Assembly: GCA_963765895.1 (NCBI GenBank)
Contig: CAVXZB010000013.1
Location: forward strand, 1-56,360
From: an uncultured Nitrososphaeraceae archaeon
GTDB taxonomy: Archaea > Thermoproteota > Nitrososphaeria > Nitrososphaerales > Nitrososphaeraceae
Length of the DNA: 56,360 bases
Reading direction: 5' to 3'
The notes beneath the pieces were generated by a model, which was given only the letters and a program-made list of their open reading frames with translations, ran no database searches and was not told the DNA's origin. Positions 11,398 to 22,090 of this stretch are shown here, piece by piece. The position numbers and the translations under genes were made by a program. Numbering within the stretch: position 1 is the first letter of the stretch; the number at the start of each line of letters is the position of its first letter.

Positions 11398-12473
11398 ATG
11401 ACTAAATTGGAACTATTGCGAACGGGTCTACTGGGATTAGTATCTTATCCAGCAGTCATTAGAATAACTGTAATCATTATTATATTATCTACTTTTTTTG
11501 TAGTTTTTATGTCTGATTCCACTTTTACTATTGGGAATTTTTTTGGATGCCAATAAAAAGAACGGTTCTTTTCAAAATAGTATTGCTATAAATAGTGTTG
11601 GTACCAAAGACCAACAGAATCCGAGAGAAATATCAAACAAGCTGGTTATACTAACCTTCGGCGACATCCACAAAAATCAATTTACCACAGCTAGACTGGT
11701 ATTAAATCAGTATAATTTTAAGGGCAGTTTCTTTGTACCATGCGATATGGTTGGTAAGGATTCCCGTATGGATTAGAAAGATATAGAGACATTGTACGAA
11801 GAAGGACACAATATACAGGCCAAAGGTGCCAAGAACCTTATCGATCTATCAGCCAGTAATTTGGATTATGTAATTAGTCAGTCTAAGAAATGCTTGTCAG
11901 AACATGGAATAACTCCTCTGTCGGCCTTTGCAGTCCCCCACGGAAATGCATTACTAAATTCTACAGTTATACATACCATTGCAAAATACTATGATATGGC
12001 AATTAATGGCTATTCAAATTTAATGCTAATGAATTGTACATGGATATGAAGACCAACCGCGGCAAACACTGGGAGGATTAACTGCCTAGATTGTTAGCCC
12101 CAGCCATCAGACGGATTGCAGAACATATTCTGATGATGGCACAATTACTGATACAAATAGATATTCCATCAGAGAATGGAATCATAATGCCAAGGATAGA
12201 AAATATGCCTACAATAGTACAGCTCTATTCAATACGTTTGTACAAGTTGTAAATAGCCAATCCAAATACAATGACAATAAAAATGGCATGATAAATGCGA
12301 TTCCGTTAATCGCTTACCATAGTATAGATGATAATAGAGGTAGATCAAGTACAGATATTGGTCTTTTTGAATCGGAGATGAAATATTTGCACGAACACGG
12401 ATTTAAGGTGATAACTATGAACGATCTTGGATACGATGAAATGAGTAATCGTCTTTATATCAAAAATAGGTAA
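11398..12473 (+). pseudogene. Polysaccharide deacetylase (NodB/CE4) family, degraded
   Basis: Signal/TM N-terminus from ATG 11398; VILTFGD (TFDD-type motif altered); GSFFVPC; in-frame TAG at 11774-11776 (MD*KDIETLYEEGH); frameshifts; C-terminal PLIAYH...FESEMKYLHEHGFKVITMNDL. Confidence 0.8.
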
Positions 12474-13923
12474 GCAGTAGTATTGCAATTTTATTTTGGT
12501 GGATAAAAATCTATTGCAGATATAGAACCGCAAAGATTAGAAAAGCTGTCCAAGTTTCTTCAGAGATCAGAATATAGAGTTTCTGGCTGGTTTAATTTTT
12601 TGAATTTCTAAAGATATTGATTTCGTAGTTACCTCAAACATGAAACAGATAAATTTGCTTTAGTTTGAATGTGTAAGGCGATATTGTAATAGGAATTTTC
12701 CCTAAAACAGCACCATCCTCCATTCACCACCATCCTACTTAGAGAAGTCATATATAACCGTGTTCGATATATTCTTTATACAGTTAGATTAACTAAATGA
12801 TTATCTTTAAGAATGTCTATTTATTATCGTATATCGCTAAAGAGCTAAGCAGAGTACAGAATTTATTTGTAGAACTTAACATTTAATTGGATCAGTACTT
12901 ATCGAAATATCTGTTCAAATCATCTATTTATATAGTTTATTAGTTCTCTAATCTTAAGCTCTAAAACACGGACGCTTATGAGAATTAATGTCTAATCTGA
13001 ATCATACTGATAAACTGGCGAAATTCGATTCAATTATATAAACTAATTACTGTTTATGCTTTAATTTAAGACCAAGCATAAAATTTAGTGATACGAATAT
13101 TCTAAAACAATGCAATAAGTCATAAAGAATTCACAAGGATAATCCAATATTGTATAACACGGTATAGTGCAACTAAAACTCATTTTATGGTCTATGTATA
13201 AAGACATATTTCAGTAATTATGTGAATGATTATCACTGATGGAAAAAGATGAGTGTCTGAAGACTATCTATTATGATCAATCTATATCCCTAGACCCTGA
13301 AACGAAAACATAAACCAGAAATAAGCATTTCCTGTAAATCGACTTACAAATAAGCCTATTTCATAAAAATATAATTTGTATTTAGTTCCAGTGAAATTAT
13401 ATAGTATCCAGTAATAGTAAATACAATAATATCAGTTTAAACATAAACTCTATAGTATATAGAGCACTATATAGATCTATAATATATAGATGTTTTCCAT
13501 GGTATTGGTATATGATAGAACAGTTAACTGAAAACTAACTTTCTAAAGATAGTAACGTAAAGACTGAGCAAGTAAGGAGTCAAAACGGCGATAACTTACA
13601 TCGAAGGTCTGTTATCGATGATATGCTACGTAATGTTAATCAACTATCCAAACAGATTAAAGGGGATTTGACAAGAAAAGCACAAGAATTGAAGAATTAA
13701 TATCATCTATCAAGAAGAAGATTAAGTATGCCGCAATGATAATAGAACCCAAAACAGTTCAAATAGAATTAATGAATTTCATCATAGGATATCTCAGTTA
13801 CAAATACAAACACAAAAAATTGAACAAGCAGTTAAGGGTGTTCATGAATCTAATAACCTAAAGAAGGATGAAAAAGATTAATAGGAAGTAAAGAATCTCA
13901 AAAAGATGAAGAAACAAAAGTAA

Positions 13924-14871
13924 GGCTATGTAGAAAACGTCATCAATATTACAAGATTAGTCAGTCTATGCATATTGTAGGTGATACATCTAAATGATAA
14001 CTCTCTGTTCTGCATTCTAGTCAATCTAGACATAAGATGCTCTCCAAATAGTCGTTTTATAACTGATATTATGGTTTCATCTTTGTTTCGTTGATTGTAC
14101 AGCAATTTGGAGTAACCACGCTTCATCTGCTTTCTGTACTTACCATGTGTTCTCCACATCGGTACATGTTCATATCGAGCAGGAATAATACTGAATGCAT
14201 GTAAGTCCTCTCTTACGAGAAGGTGATTATCTTCACTATCGTAACCCTTATCAGCTGTAACTACGGATAATGGAAGAATATTTGATGTCCTTGTTATAAT
14301 TGGCCTGAAATCTACATTATCATGCCTTGTTGGAGCTCGTCTTATCTTAATTGTACATATGATTTGTTGTAATACATCTACTCCAATAGATAATTTCGCA
14401 TATTTTCTTCTCAATTCTGTTCGATCAGTATAATATTGTGATGCATGAGTTATCTTAAATCCTGTTGAATCTATTCCTGCAAAGATATGCTTGGTACCAC
14501 TAATTACAATGAATGACGAAATTATCTTTTCAAGCAATGAATTATTGATTCTATCTGTAAACTTTTGCAATGTTGTAAAATGAGGAATACGTGACAACCG
14601 TAGAAATGACCTTAGGTAATAGGCTTCAATTAACCACTCGACAAACATTCTATAACTCTTACCTTCATACTGTCGTATAGCAACTAGAACTATGTGCTGC
14701 CATATTGTAAATATGTGATTACTTTTCCTGTTAGAAAATAGAGGAATCCTTGCATGCTTCAAAACACGGAACATAGTACCTGCAAGTCTGACGTACATTG
14801 ATTCTTTCAATAGACTATTGGTATTATACTCTTACAAAGCTTTGACTGTATGAGATGGTTTCTACACAGCC
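13924..14871 (-). mobile_element. Complete IS5-family insertion sequence, 948 bp
   Basis: TIRs GGCTATGTAGAAAAC (13924-13938) and GGTTTCTACACAGCC (14857-14871), 13/15 match; AAAAGTAA duplicated at 13916-13923 and 14872-14879. Confidence 0.92.
13926..14810 (-). CDS. IS5-family DDE transposase
   Basis: IDSTG, ADKGYDS and YNQRNKDETIISVIKR (YREK-type) motifs; stop codon lies inside the TIR. Confidence 0.93.
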   Translation of the reverse strand: MKESMYVRLAGTMFRVLKHARIPLFSNRKSNHIFTIWQHIVLVAIRQYEGKSYRMFVEWLIEAYYLRSFLRLSRIPHFTTLQKFTDRINNSLLEKIISSFIVISGTKHIFAGIDSTGFKITHASQYYTDRTELRRKYAKLSIGVDVLQQIICTIKIRRAPTRHDNVDFRPIITRTSNILPLSVVTADKGYDSEDNHLLVREDLHAFSIIPARYEHVPMWRTHGKYRKQMKRGYSKLLYNQRNKDETIISVIKRLFGEHLMSRLTRMQNRELSFRCITYNMHRLTNLVILMTFST

Positions 14872-14910
14872 AAAAGTAATTATGACTTAAAATATGAGTC
14901 GCAATTAAGA

Positions 14911-15080
14911 ATGGAATTATATTTATTAAGACACGGCGAGTCAATAAAAAATGCTGGTCAGGGCAGAGGCTCTAAAAGTAAGAATGGAAATCCTGGACTT
15001 ACGGAAAATGGGAAAAAGGAAATCATAAGAATTGCAAAATCCATAAAGAAATTTAAAATTACATTTGACATAATCTTACT
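14911..15080 (+). pseudogene. sixA: Phosphohistidine phosphatase SixA-like, N-terminal fragment
   Basis: MELYLLRHGE catalytic motif, LTENGKKE, FDIIL; breaks off before the expected SP motif. Confidence 0.7.
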
Positions 15081-15948
15081 ATTTTCGATTATACCGCCAG
15101 AGAAATTGTATGCAGCACTTGTGGAATGGTAATTAATGATTATATGGAATCTCTCGAGCCCGAATGGCGAAACTTTTCTGATGGCGGCATAGTGGAAATA
15201 AGCAAGAAAGTTAGAACCGGGAGGCCAACTTCTCTTGCTCTTTACGATATGAGACTATCGACTCAAATTTCATACTCAAATATTGATGCAAAAGGTGATA
15301 CTATAAATCCGACGCAAACACCCATTATAAAGAGGATACGTCGTTGGAATAAAATTTCTAGTTTTGACAATAATAATTCTGCCAGGAACCTGAAATATGC
15401 CTTTGAAATTATGTCAAGAATTAAAGACAAGCTTTCTTTAGCTGATGTGGTTATAGAGAAAGCCGCATATATCTATCGTAGAGCTCTCGTCAAGAAATTA
15501 ATACAGGGCAGATCTACTGAATCCATGGTCATTGCTTCCATATATGCGGCTTGCAGAAAATTAAACGTTCCACGAAAGCTTGACGAAATATCTGTAACCA
15601 TAAATAATGATAAGGTTTTTGCAGGCAAATGTTATCGTTTACTTTTAAAAGATCTAAAAATTCAAAATATTCTGATAATAGATTCTACCAGTTATTTGTC
15701 CAAAATCGCAAATAAGGCTAAAGTAAGCGAAAAAACATATAGGATAGCTCTTGAAATGTTGGCCAAGGTAAAGAAAAATCATATATCATATGGAAAAGAT
15801 CCTAGTGCATTGACAGCCGCCATATTATATGCTGCCTTGCTTGAAAGAAGGTGAGAAAATGACCCAAGCACAATTGGCGTTTGCTGGAAATACAAGTGCA
15901 GTAAGCATAAGGCACAGATTCACTGATATTAAACAGATTCTCAAGTAA
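15081..15948 (+). pseudogene. tfb: Transcription initiation factor IIB paralogue, 5'-truncated, frameshift near 15836
   Basis: Upstream in-frame IFDYTAREIVCSTCGMV is half of the Zn ribbon; PEWR; cyclin repeats (AAYIYRRA..GRS..ASIYAACR; GKDPSALTAAILY); shifted tail CLKEGEKMTQAQLA..SIRHRF ends with TAA at 15946-15948. Confidence 0.88.
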
Positions 15949-16320
15949 TCGATTATAGAGGAGTTGGACTATCAACCGGGTATGCACAACAAATATTCTA
16001 TCAACTACAAAAAATGTTAAAGATCTTACTGAATCTTTAAGGCTGACAAAAATTATCGTAGAGAGATTATCTTTGGTGTAATTGTTGCATAAACCGTGAT
16101 GACACAGACCCAGATCTTACGAGTCATGTTGTTTTAATAAGAATAGCTACTGTCAATAAGAACAATAATGTGCTAGAAAAATTATTCTAGGAGAGAGCGC
16201 GATTGTTTAATAGGTCGGATTTTTGGGCTAGTCATAAAACTTCAATGACTAAAGTGTAATCTAATTACTATTAACACAAACAAAACCCCTATTAATATGT
16301 ACCAATGTATTTACCTATTT

Positions 16321-17293
16321 ATGAATAAAAGTCTATATAATGAGTTAGAACAGAACACCAACCTTTCTAAATAATTTGCAACAAGAGGGAGGACCACCAA
16401 TTTATACTCTGTCACCATACGACGCTCGCACTGTATTATCTAGACTTCAAGCTAATATTCCTGTCAAACAACTGCCCGCTATCATTGAGAACCGTACTGT
16501 CCCTGGCGGCCCTGGTGATAAAGATGTATCTATTACTATCGTTCGACCTCCAGATAGTAACAATGAAACCCTACCAGGCATAATGTCCTTTCATGGTGGG
16601 GGATGGGTTCTTGGTGGATTTGATACTCATGAGAGATTGGTACGAGAACTTGCTAGCAATGTAAATGCGACCATTGTCTTTGTCAACTATACTCCATCTC
16701 CAGAAGCCAAATATCCTGTTTCTCTAGAACAGGCATATGCAGCCTCAAAATGGGTTGCTGAAAATGGCCAAACAATACACGTAGATTCTTCGCGTCTGGC
16801 AGTTGTTGGAGATAGCGTAGGTGGTAATATGGCTCCTGCTTTTACCTTGCTTGTGCAAGAACGAGGAGGACCACCAATTAGATTCCAAGTACTTTTCTAT
16901 CCAGTTACCGATGCTAGTTTTGATACATCTTCTTACATGAAGTATCAAGAAGGTTATTGGCTTGCTCGTGAGGCCATGAAGTGGTTCTGGAGTAATTACA
17001 TCTCAGATCAGACAAATCGCAATGAGCCTAAAGTTTCTCCGCTGCAGGCTTCGTTAGATCAGCTCAAGGGGTTGCCGCCGGCATTTGTCATCAATGGAGA
17101 AAATGACGTACTGTGCGACGAAGGCGAAGCCTATGCCCGTAAGCTATTGGAGGCTGGTGTGCGCGTTACTGCAGTTCGATATCATGGTACCATCCACGAC
17201 TTTGTAATGTTGAATGCAATTACTGATGATCCGGCGCCGAGGGGAGCGATCGAACAAGCTTCCAATATGCTAAAAAAGGCATTGTCATATTAA
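16321..17293 (+). CDS. HSL-family alpha/beta hydrolase (Aes-like esterase), N-terminal frameshift
   Basis: HGGGW, GDSVGG, DVLCDEG and HDF motifs; ATG 16321 is out of frame by an indel near 16360-16375. Confidence 0.9.
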
Positions 17294-17814
17294 GAGACTT
17301 GGAAAGGATTAGATAATAACAGCAAAAGTAATTAGAGATTGCTGTACAAAATCATCTATTGCACGTCTGGATGTCAACTTTTTAATTTGTTGTTCTCTTG
17401 CCGTTTAAGCTAGTACTAGTCTATCTAATTAAATTATTCTTTCTGTTTCACTTTTAAATTCGGGTAAAGGTGTTTTTGATTTTCATTGCCCTATTCCTCT
17501 ATACGTTTTCAAATATGTACACTGGTTTAGCGAAAGTGGCCTCAAATAATTTAAACGTCGTAGATGAGATTGAAAACTCGAACAATAGACACGATTGTTT
17601 TACCACCGCCATAAAGGATTATAGACTAGAATGGCAAGCGCTTGGCCTACGATATTATCTGGAGGGGCGGAGATGAAATCCTAGTGGACTTATTGGCAGT
17701 TTGCTGCCGATATGTATAATAGAAATGCTGATGAGTTTGTATTGTGCAAAGATTATTACTTGTTCACAGCATGAGAAGGGCGTTCCAATTTATGAGGATA
17801 TGTAGGAGTAAAAA

Positions 17815-18868
17815 ATGAGCCAGAAATCACAGGATCTACATAACAGTAATAATAGAAATAAGACTGAAAATCAAAAAGGTGTTCTAGGCATCCATCATGT
17901 TACTGCCATAGCTAGCAATCCACAAAAGAATATCGACTTTTATACTCAAGTATTAGGCCTTAGATTAGTTAAGTTAACAGTAAACTTTGACGATCCAACA
18001 ACATACCATCTCTATTTTGGTGATGAGATAGGGCGCCCCGGTACAATCCTTACGTTTTTTCCATGGGCAGACGCACCCAATGGACGCAGGGGAACTGGAC
18101 AAGTGATCGCTATATCATTCTTGATTCCTGTAAATTCAATAAAATATTGGATAGATCGATTAAAGAACCAAAAAATTGAATTTCATGGTCCAATAAAACG
18201 TTTTGGCGAAAGCGAAGAAGTATTAACCTTTTCTGATCCTGACGGACTGGAATTGGAGCTTGTATCACATAATTCAGCAGAGCATACAACTCTTAGCGTA
18301 TGGAGGGAAAGTCCTATTCCTATTGAACATGCTATTAGAGGTTTTTATTCTGCGACATTGTCTGAAGAAGGATACGAACGCACAGCCGGTGTTTTGACCG
18401 ACGATTTGGGCTTTCGACTCATTGGTCAAGATGGAAATCGCTTTCGTTACCAAGCCACAGGAAATAAAGATGGTGGTGACTATGACGGGGTCTACCAAGG
18501 ATCCAACATAGTTGATGTACTTTGCATACCATATTCACAGCCCGGGTTTATGGGTATCGGAACAGTACATCACATAGCATGGCGTACGCCTACAGATCAA
18601 CAACAACAGCTATTACGCAGTAAAATAATCAGAGCTGGATTGAATGCAACACCTATAATCGATCGTATTTATTTCCACTCAGTGTATTTCCGTGAGCCTG
18701 GCGGTATACTTTTTGAAATAGCTACAAATCCTCCCGGATTTACAATAGATGAAAAGGTAGAGGAACTTGGAACACATTTGATGCTACCTAAATGGCTAGA
18801 ATCTGTACGTAAAGATCTTGGAGAATATCCTGCCCAGAGTAAATTTATCTAAGGAGGAATTAAAATGA
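17815..18868 (+). CDS. Ring-cleaving dioxygenase, MhqO/MhqA/MhqE type (VOC fold)
   Basis: GIHHVTA, VNFDDPTTYHLYFGD, HHIAW, DRIYFHSVYFREPGGILFEIAT. Removing one base near 18820 gives ..DLENILPRVNLSKEELK* ending in an ATGA overlap with the next gene. Confidence 0.92.
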
Positions 18869-19558
18869 GCGACAGTAATACTCCTCAACTAGGATTCATT
18901 CATCGTTTTATTTATCCGACAAATTCTGATGACCTGAAGGGAACACTGGATGGACAAAAAGCGAGGGAAAAAATATCTTCAACTACTTTTCTTTTACTCC
19001 ACGGTACTGGGGGAAATGAAGAGGATCTAATTTCCCTTGCATACGAGTTAGATCAGTCAGCAGCAATACTAAGTCCTCGAGGGAAGGTGTTAGAAAATGG
19101 TGTAGCGCCTCGTTTCTTTCGTAGACTAGCCGAAGGCGTTTTCGATATAGAGGATTTAAAATTTCGGACCAATGAATTAGCAAACTTTGTAAAAAATGCT
19201 TCCAATACGTATGGTTTTGATATGGATCACTTGATTGCTGTAGGCTATTCTAATGGCGCCAACATAGCATCTAGTATGCTACTACTTTGCCCAGATGTCC
19301 TCTCTGCTGCCTATCCTATTTCGTGCCATGGTTCCGCTTTTACCACAGGTACTGCCGGATCTTACTAACAAGCATATTTTTATGTCCTCTGGATTACAAG
19401 ACCAAATTGTTCCAAAACAAGAGACTGAGCGCCTTATGGGTTTATTTAAAAAAGCTGGTGCAAAAGTGTCTTTGCACTGGCAAAATAGTGGCCATGAATT
19501 AAGAATGGATGAGATCAAGATAGCAAGAGAGTGGTTATCTAATCTTGCTTTTTTGTAA
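18865..19558 (+). CDS. MhqD-like alpha/beta hydrolase, frameshift near 19311
   Basis: LLLHGTGGNE, RFFRRLAEGVFD, GYSNGANIA; continues in the 19295-19558 frame (ILFRAMVP..GHEL); AAGGAGG upstream. Confidence 0.88.
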
Positions 19559-20146
19559 TTAGATAATGTACAGCGAGCTGTACACCAAGGCTGCAACTGT
19601 ACTTTGAACATCTACAAGAGCGAGCTGTCATCCTCTATGGATGCATAATGGATAATCATGTAGCTAATCACTAGCATTTCTAGGCAATAATAAGTCAGTT
19701 CTATAGCCGGTTTAATATTGACTTCACTACATTTATTTAAAATTGAAAAATATCTACAAGAAGGTAACTAAGTTAAGTGTATTAGTATCGGTTGCATTGT
19801 TATTTTTTCCACAGATGTAGTCATACTCGATCTTGCCATGCCGGCTTGTATGATTGGGGTAACGAATATTCCTATCTTAGAGAATCCAATAGCGTCATAA
19901 TGGCACTTAATCCAAAATGGCTTGATAACAATCTTTAGTCTTTACTATCATTTGCTTATATGTCAGTCATTTGATTATTCATAACTCTAAAGAAGTCAAG
20001 GAAATTCTGCAAATAGAATGTGGAAAAGAAAAATGAGATGAGGTTTAACCTGCCCACTTTGAGATATGTAGAACTTACTGAAAGCCAACTATACCAGAAG
20101 TTTCATTATTATACTGATCTAACAAGTAGCATTTCATAACACACAC

Positions 20147-20797
20147 TTATTTTCGTAATAGCTTAAAGGCATGGTTCCCGTTACCAGTTCTAAAGTAATG
20201 TGTTATCCACAGAGTCGCAAGTGGTTCTAGAAGCCTAGCTTCCTCGATTCCCCCTATATCTATTGTTTCCCAACCAAATTGTGTGAGGATATTATCTGTG
20301 ACCGTTTTTTTAGCTTGGTCATCATTTCCGCATATAAACATAGTAGGCGGGCCACCAGGAAAATCTGGATGTGTAAAGTGCGGGTTTCCAACGATATTGA
20401 ATGCCTTTACAACTTTTGACTCTGATATCATGCGTTGAACCGTCTCGCCAGCAGAGTCTGTATGACCTATTGCTAGCCTCGGTGGCATTCCTTTTGAAAA
20501 GTCCAAGGGGTTGGTGACATCGATCACAATTTTGCCGGCAAAATTCTTAGGATTAGCCATCTTTATGGCTTCAGCTGTTCCTGCCCACGAAGTTGCGAGT
20601 ACATTCAGCTCGCCGAATGACGCTGTTTCAGCAAATGTTCCAGATGATGCACTTTCCATATCATGTTTGTCTGCCCACTCGATTATTTTCTTTTGATTTG
20701 GATCTCGCGAACCAATTTTAACTGTGTGTCCCAATTCAATAAATCCATCAGCTAATCTCCTTCCAACATCCCCAGATCCTATTATTCCAATTTTCAT
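20147..20797 (-). CDS. NADPH-dependent F420 reductase-like / NAD(P)-binding oxidoreductase
   Basis: GIIGSGDVG, GSRDP, IDVTNP and VVKAFN motifs. Confidence 0.85.
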   Translation of the reverse strand: MKIGIIGSGDVGRRLADGFIELGHTVKIGSRDPNQKKIIEWADKHDMESASSGTFAETASFGELNVLATSWAGTAEAIKMANPKNFAGKIVIDVTNPLDFSKGMPPRLAIGHTDSAGETVQRMISESKVVKAFNIVGNPHFTHPDFPGGPPTMFICGNDDQAKKTVTDNILTQFGWETIDIGGIEEARLLEPLATLWITHYFRTGNGNHAFKLLRK

Positions 20798-21035
20798 AGT
20801 AAATCTTCTCTATTCATGGATTCATAATTATTATTATTATTGTTATGCAATCAAAATAAAGTAGTTGACCCTCAAGGGTGCTAGCAAGAGGGCTATCGTT
20901 AACTAAGGAGGAAATGCAGCATATGCAACACCGGCCCATCCCTACAGTCACTCCTACACCTTCTGCATAGTACCGAATATAACTTATTTAATTAATGAAA
21001 CTAAAAAATAGAGGGGTCTAACAAAGCAAATTGGT

Positions 21036-21061
21036 GTTAACTAGATAGGTTAACTAGATAG
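21036..21061. repeat. 13-bp tandem duplication
   Basis: GTTAACTAGATAG twice, in the divergent intergenic region. Confidence 0.8.
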
Positions 21062-21133
21062 GCCACAAAGGACAAATCTAGCGTGGGTGGTTGATCAAAG
21101 ACTCAAATATCAAGTAGAATAACAGCATTGGTC

Positions 21134-21502
21134 ATGGTAAAAATAGTTGAAATGGATGAAAATGTTACTTTAAGGGCACAACTGGAAGAAGACGTAGGTC
21201 CGGTTATCCTGTTAAACAAGTTTACTGTGAAACCTGAGGATGTTGATGAATTCTTAAAGGCATTTGCCGATACAACAGAAATATTTAAGCGGCAACCCGG
21301 ATTTATCTCAGCTCAATTGCATAGAGGTGTTGGTAAGAGTAGCACATTTTTTAACTATGTCATATGGGAATCCGTAAAAGACTTTAAACAAGCCTTTAAT
21401 AGATCAGAATTCCAATCGAAGATGTCAGATGTTCTTCCTAATGTTATAATGTCTCCTCATCTGTTCAAGAAAGTTGCAGTCCCAGGTATCTGTGTAGAGT
21501 AG
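21134..21502 (+). CDS. Antibiotic biosynthesis monooxygenase (ABM) family protein
   Basis: LLNKFTV, QPGFISAQLHRG, FNYVIWES. Confidence 0.88.
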   Translation: MVKIVEMDENVTLRAQLEEDVGPVILLNKFTVKPEDVDEFLKAFADTTEIFKRQPGFISAQLHRGVGKSSTFFNYVIWESVKDFKQAFNRSEFQSKMSDVLPNVIMSPHLFKKVAVPGICVE

Positions 21503-21573
21503 TAATTCATTTCATTTTATATGGCCCTCACTTATCACAATAGAAAAGTTAGCCGCAAGAAGGAGTATTACAA

Positions 21574-21810
21574 TTACTTCCTGATTAGTGTAACATCAAT
21601 TAACTTGATTTTTTTCTTGATATCCTCGATAACCTTCAGCCCATGTTCTTTAACCTGATTATCTATACCGGCTGAGTTAATGATTTCAGTTATGGGGTCT
21701 ATTGCTTATTTTCCATATGTTGCAAGTGCATCCATTGCTTTAATTTGAGTCAGCTCGTTCGAGCAACAGACTCTTTTTTTATATAATTAAGGTGACTTCT
21801 GTCGATAATT
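21574..21810 (-). pseudogene. Decayed paralogue of the small helical protein at 34476-34700
   Basis: Reads ..SNELTQIKAMDALATYGK*AIDPITEIINSAGIDNQVKEHGLKVIEDIKKK..; in-frame TAA at 21706-21708; 5' boundary approximate. Confidence 0.75.
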
Positions 21811-22090
21811 CTCCCACATGACGGCATTTCTTGCAGTGACTGTGACGTTCCAATAATATTTTAGCATTATCTAGAAAAGGGATGTGTTAATGCCACTTGT
21901 AATATTAATAACCATATTGCAAAAATATGGTAGAAATATTAAAAAATAATAATAGTCTTATTTTGTCATAGTATTGCCTTATCTTAAATACCGCTGACTA
22001 AGTTTAGCTTTATATCCATCAAGACATACTCGTACAGTAGTGTATATTCACCAGTCTTATTTACACCTGATGCTTGAGTTTAGGCAAATT

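Noticed and set aside
11774-11776. In-frame TAG as pyrrolysine or readthrough
   Set aside because: Best explained as TGG to TAG; the gene also has frameshifts and an altered catalytic motif; no pyl genes here.
13448-13880. TATAG-rich quasi-palindromes and a broken ORF left of the IS
   Set aside because: Low-complexity AT sequence; the frame has several stops and no recognisable family.
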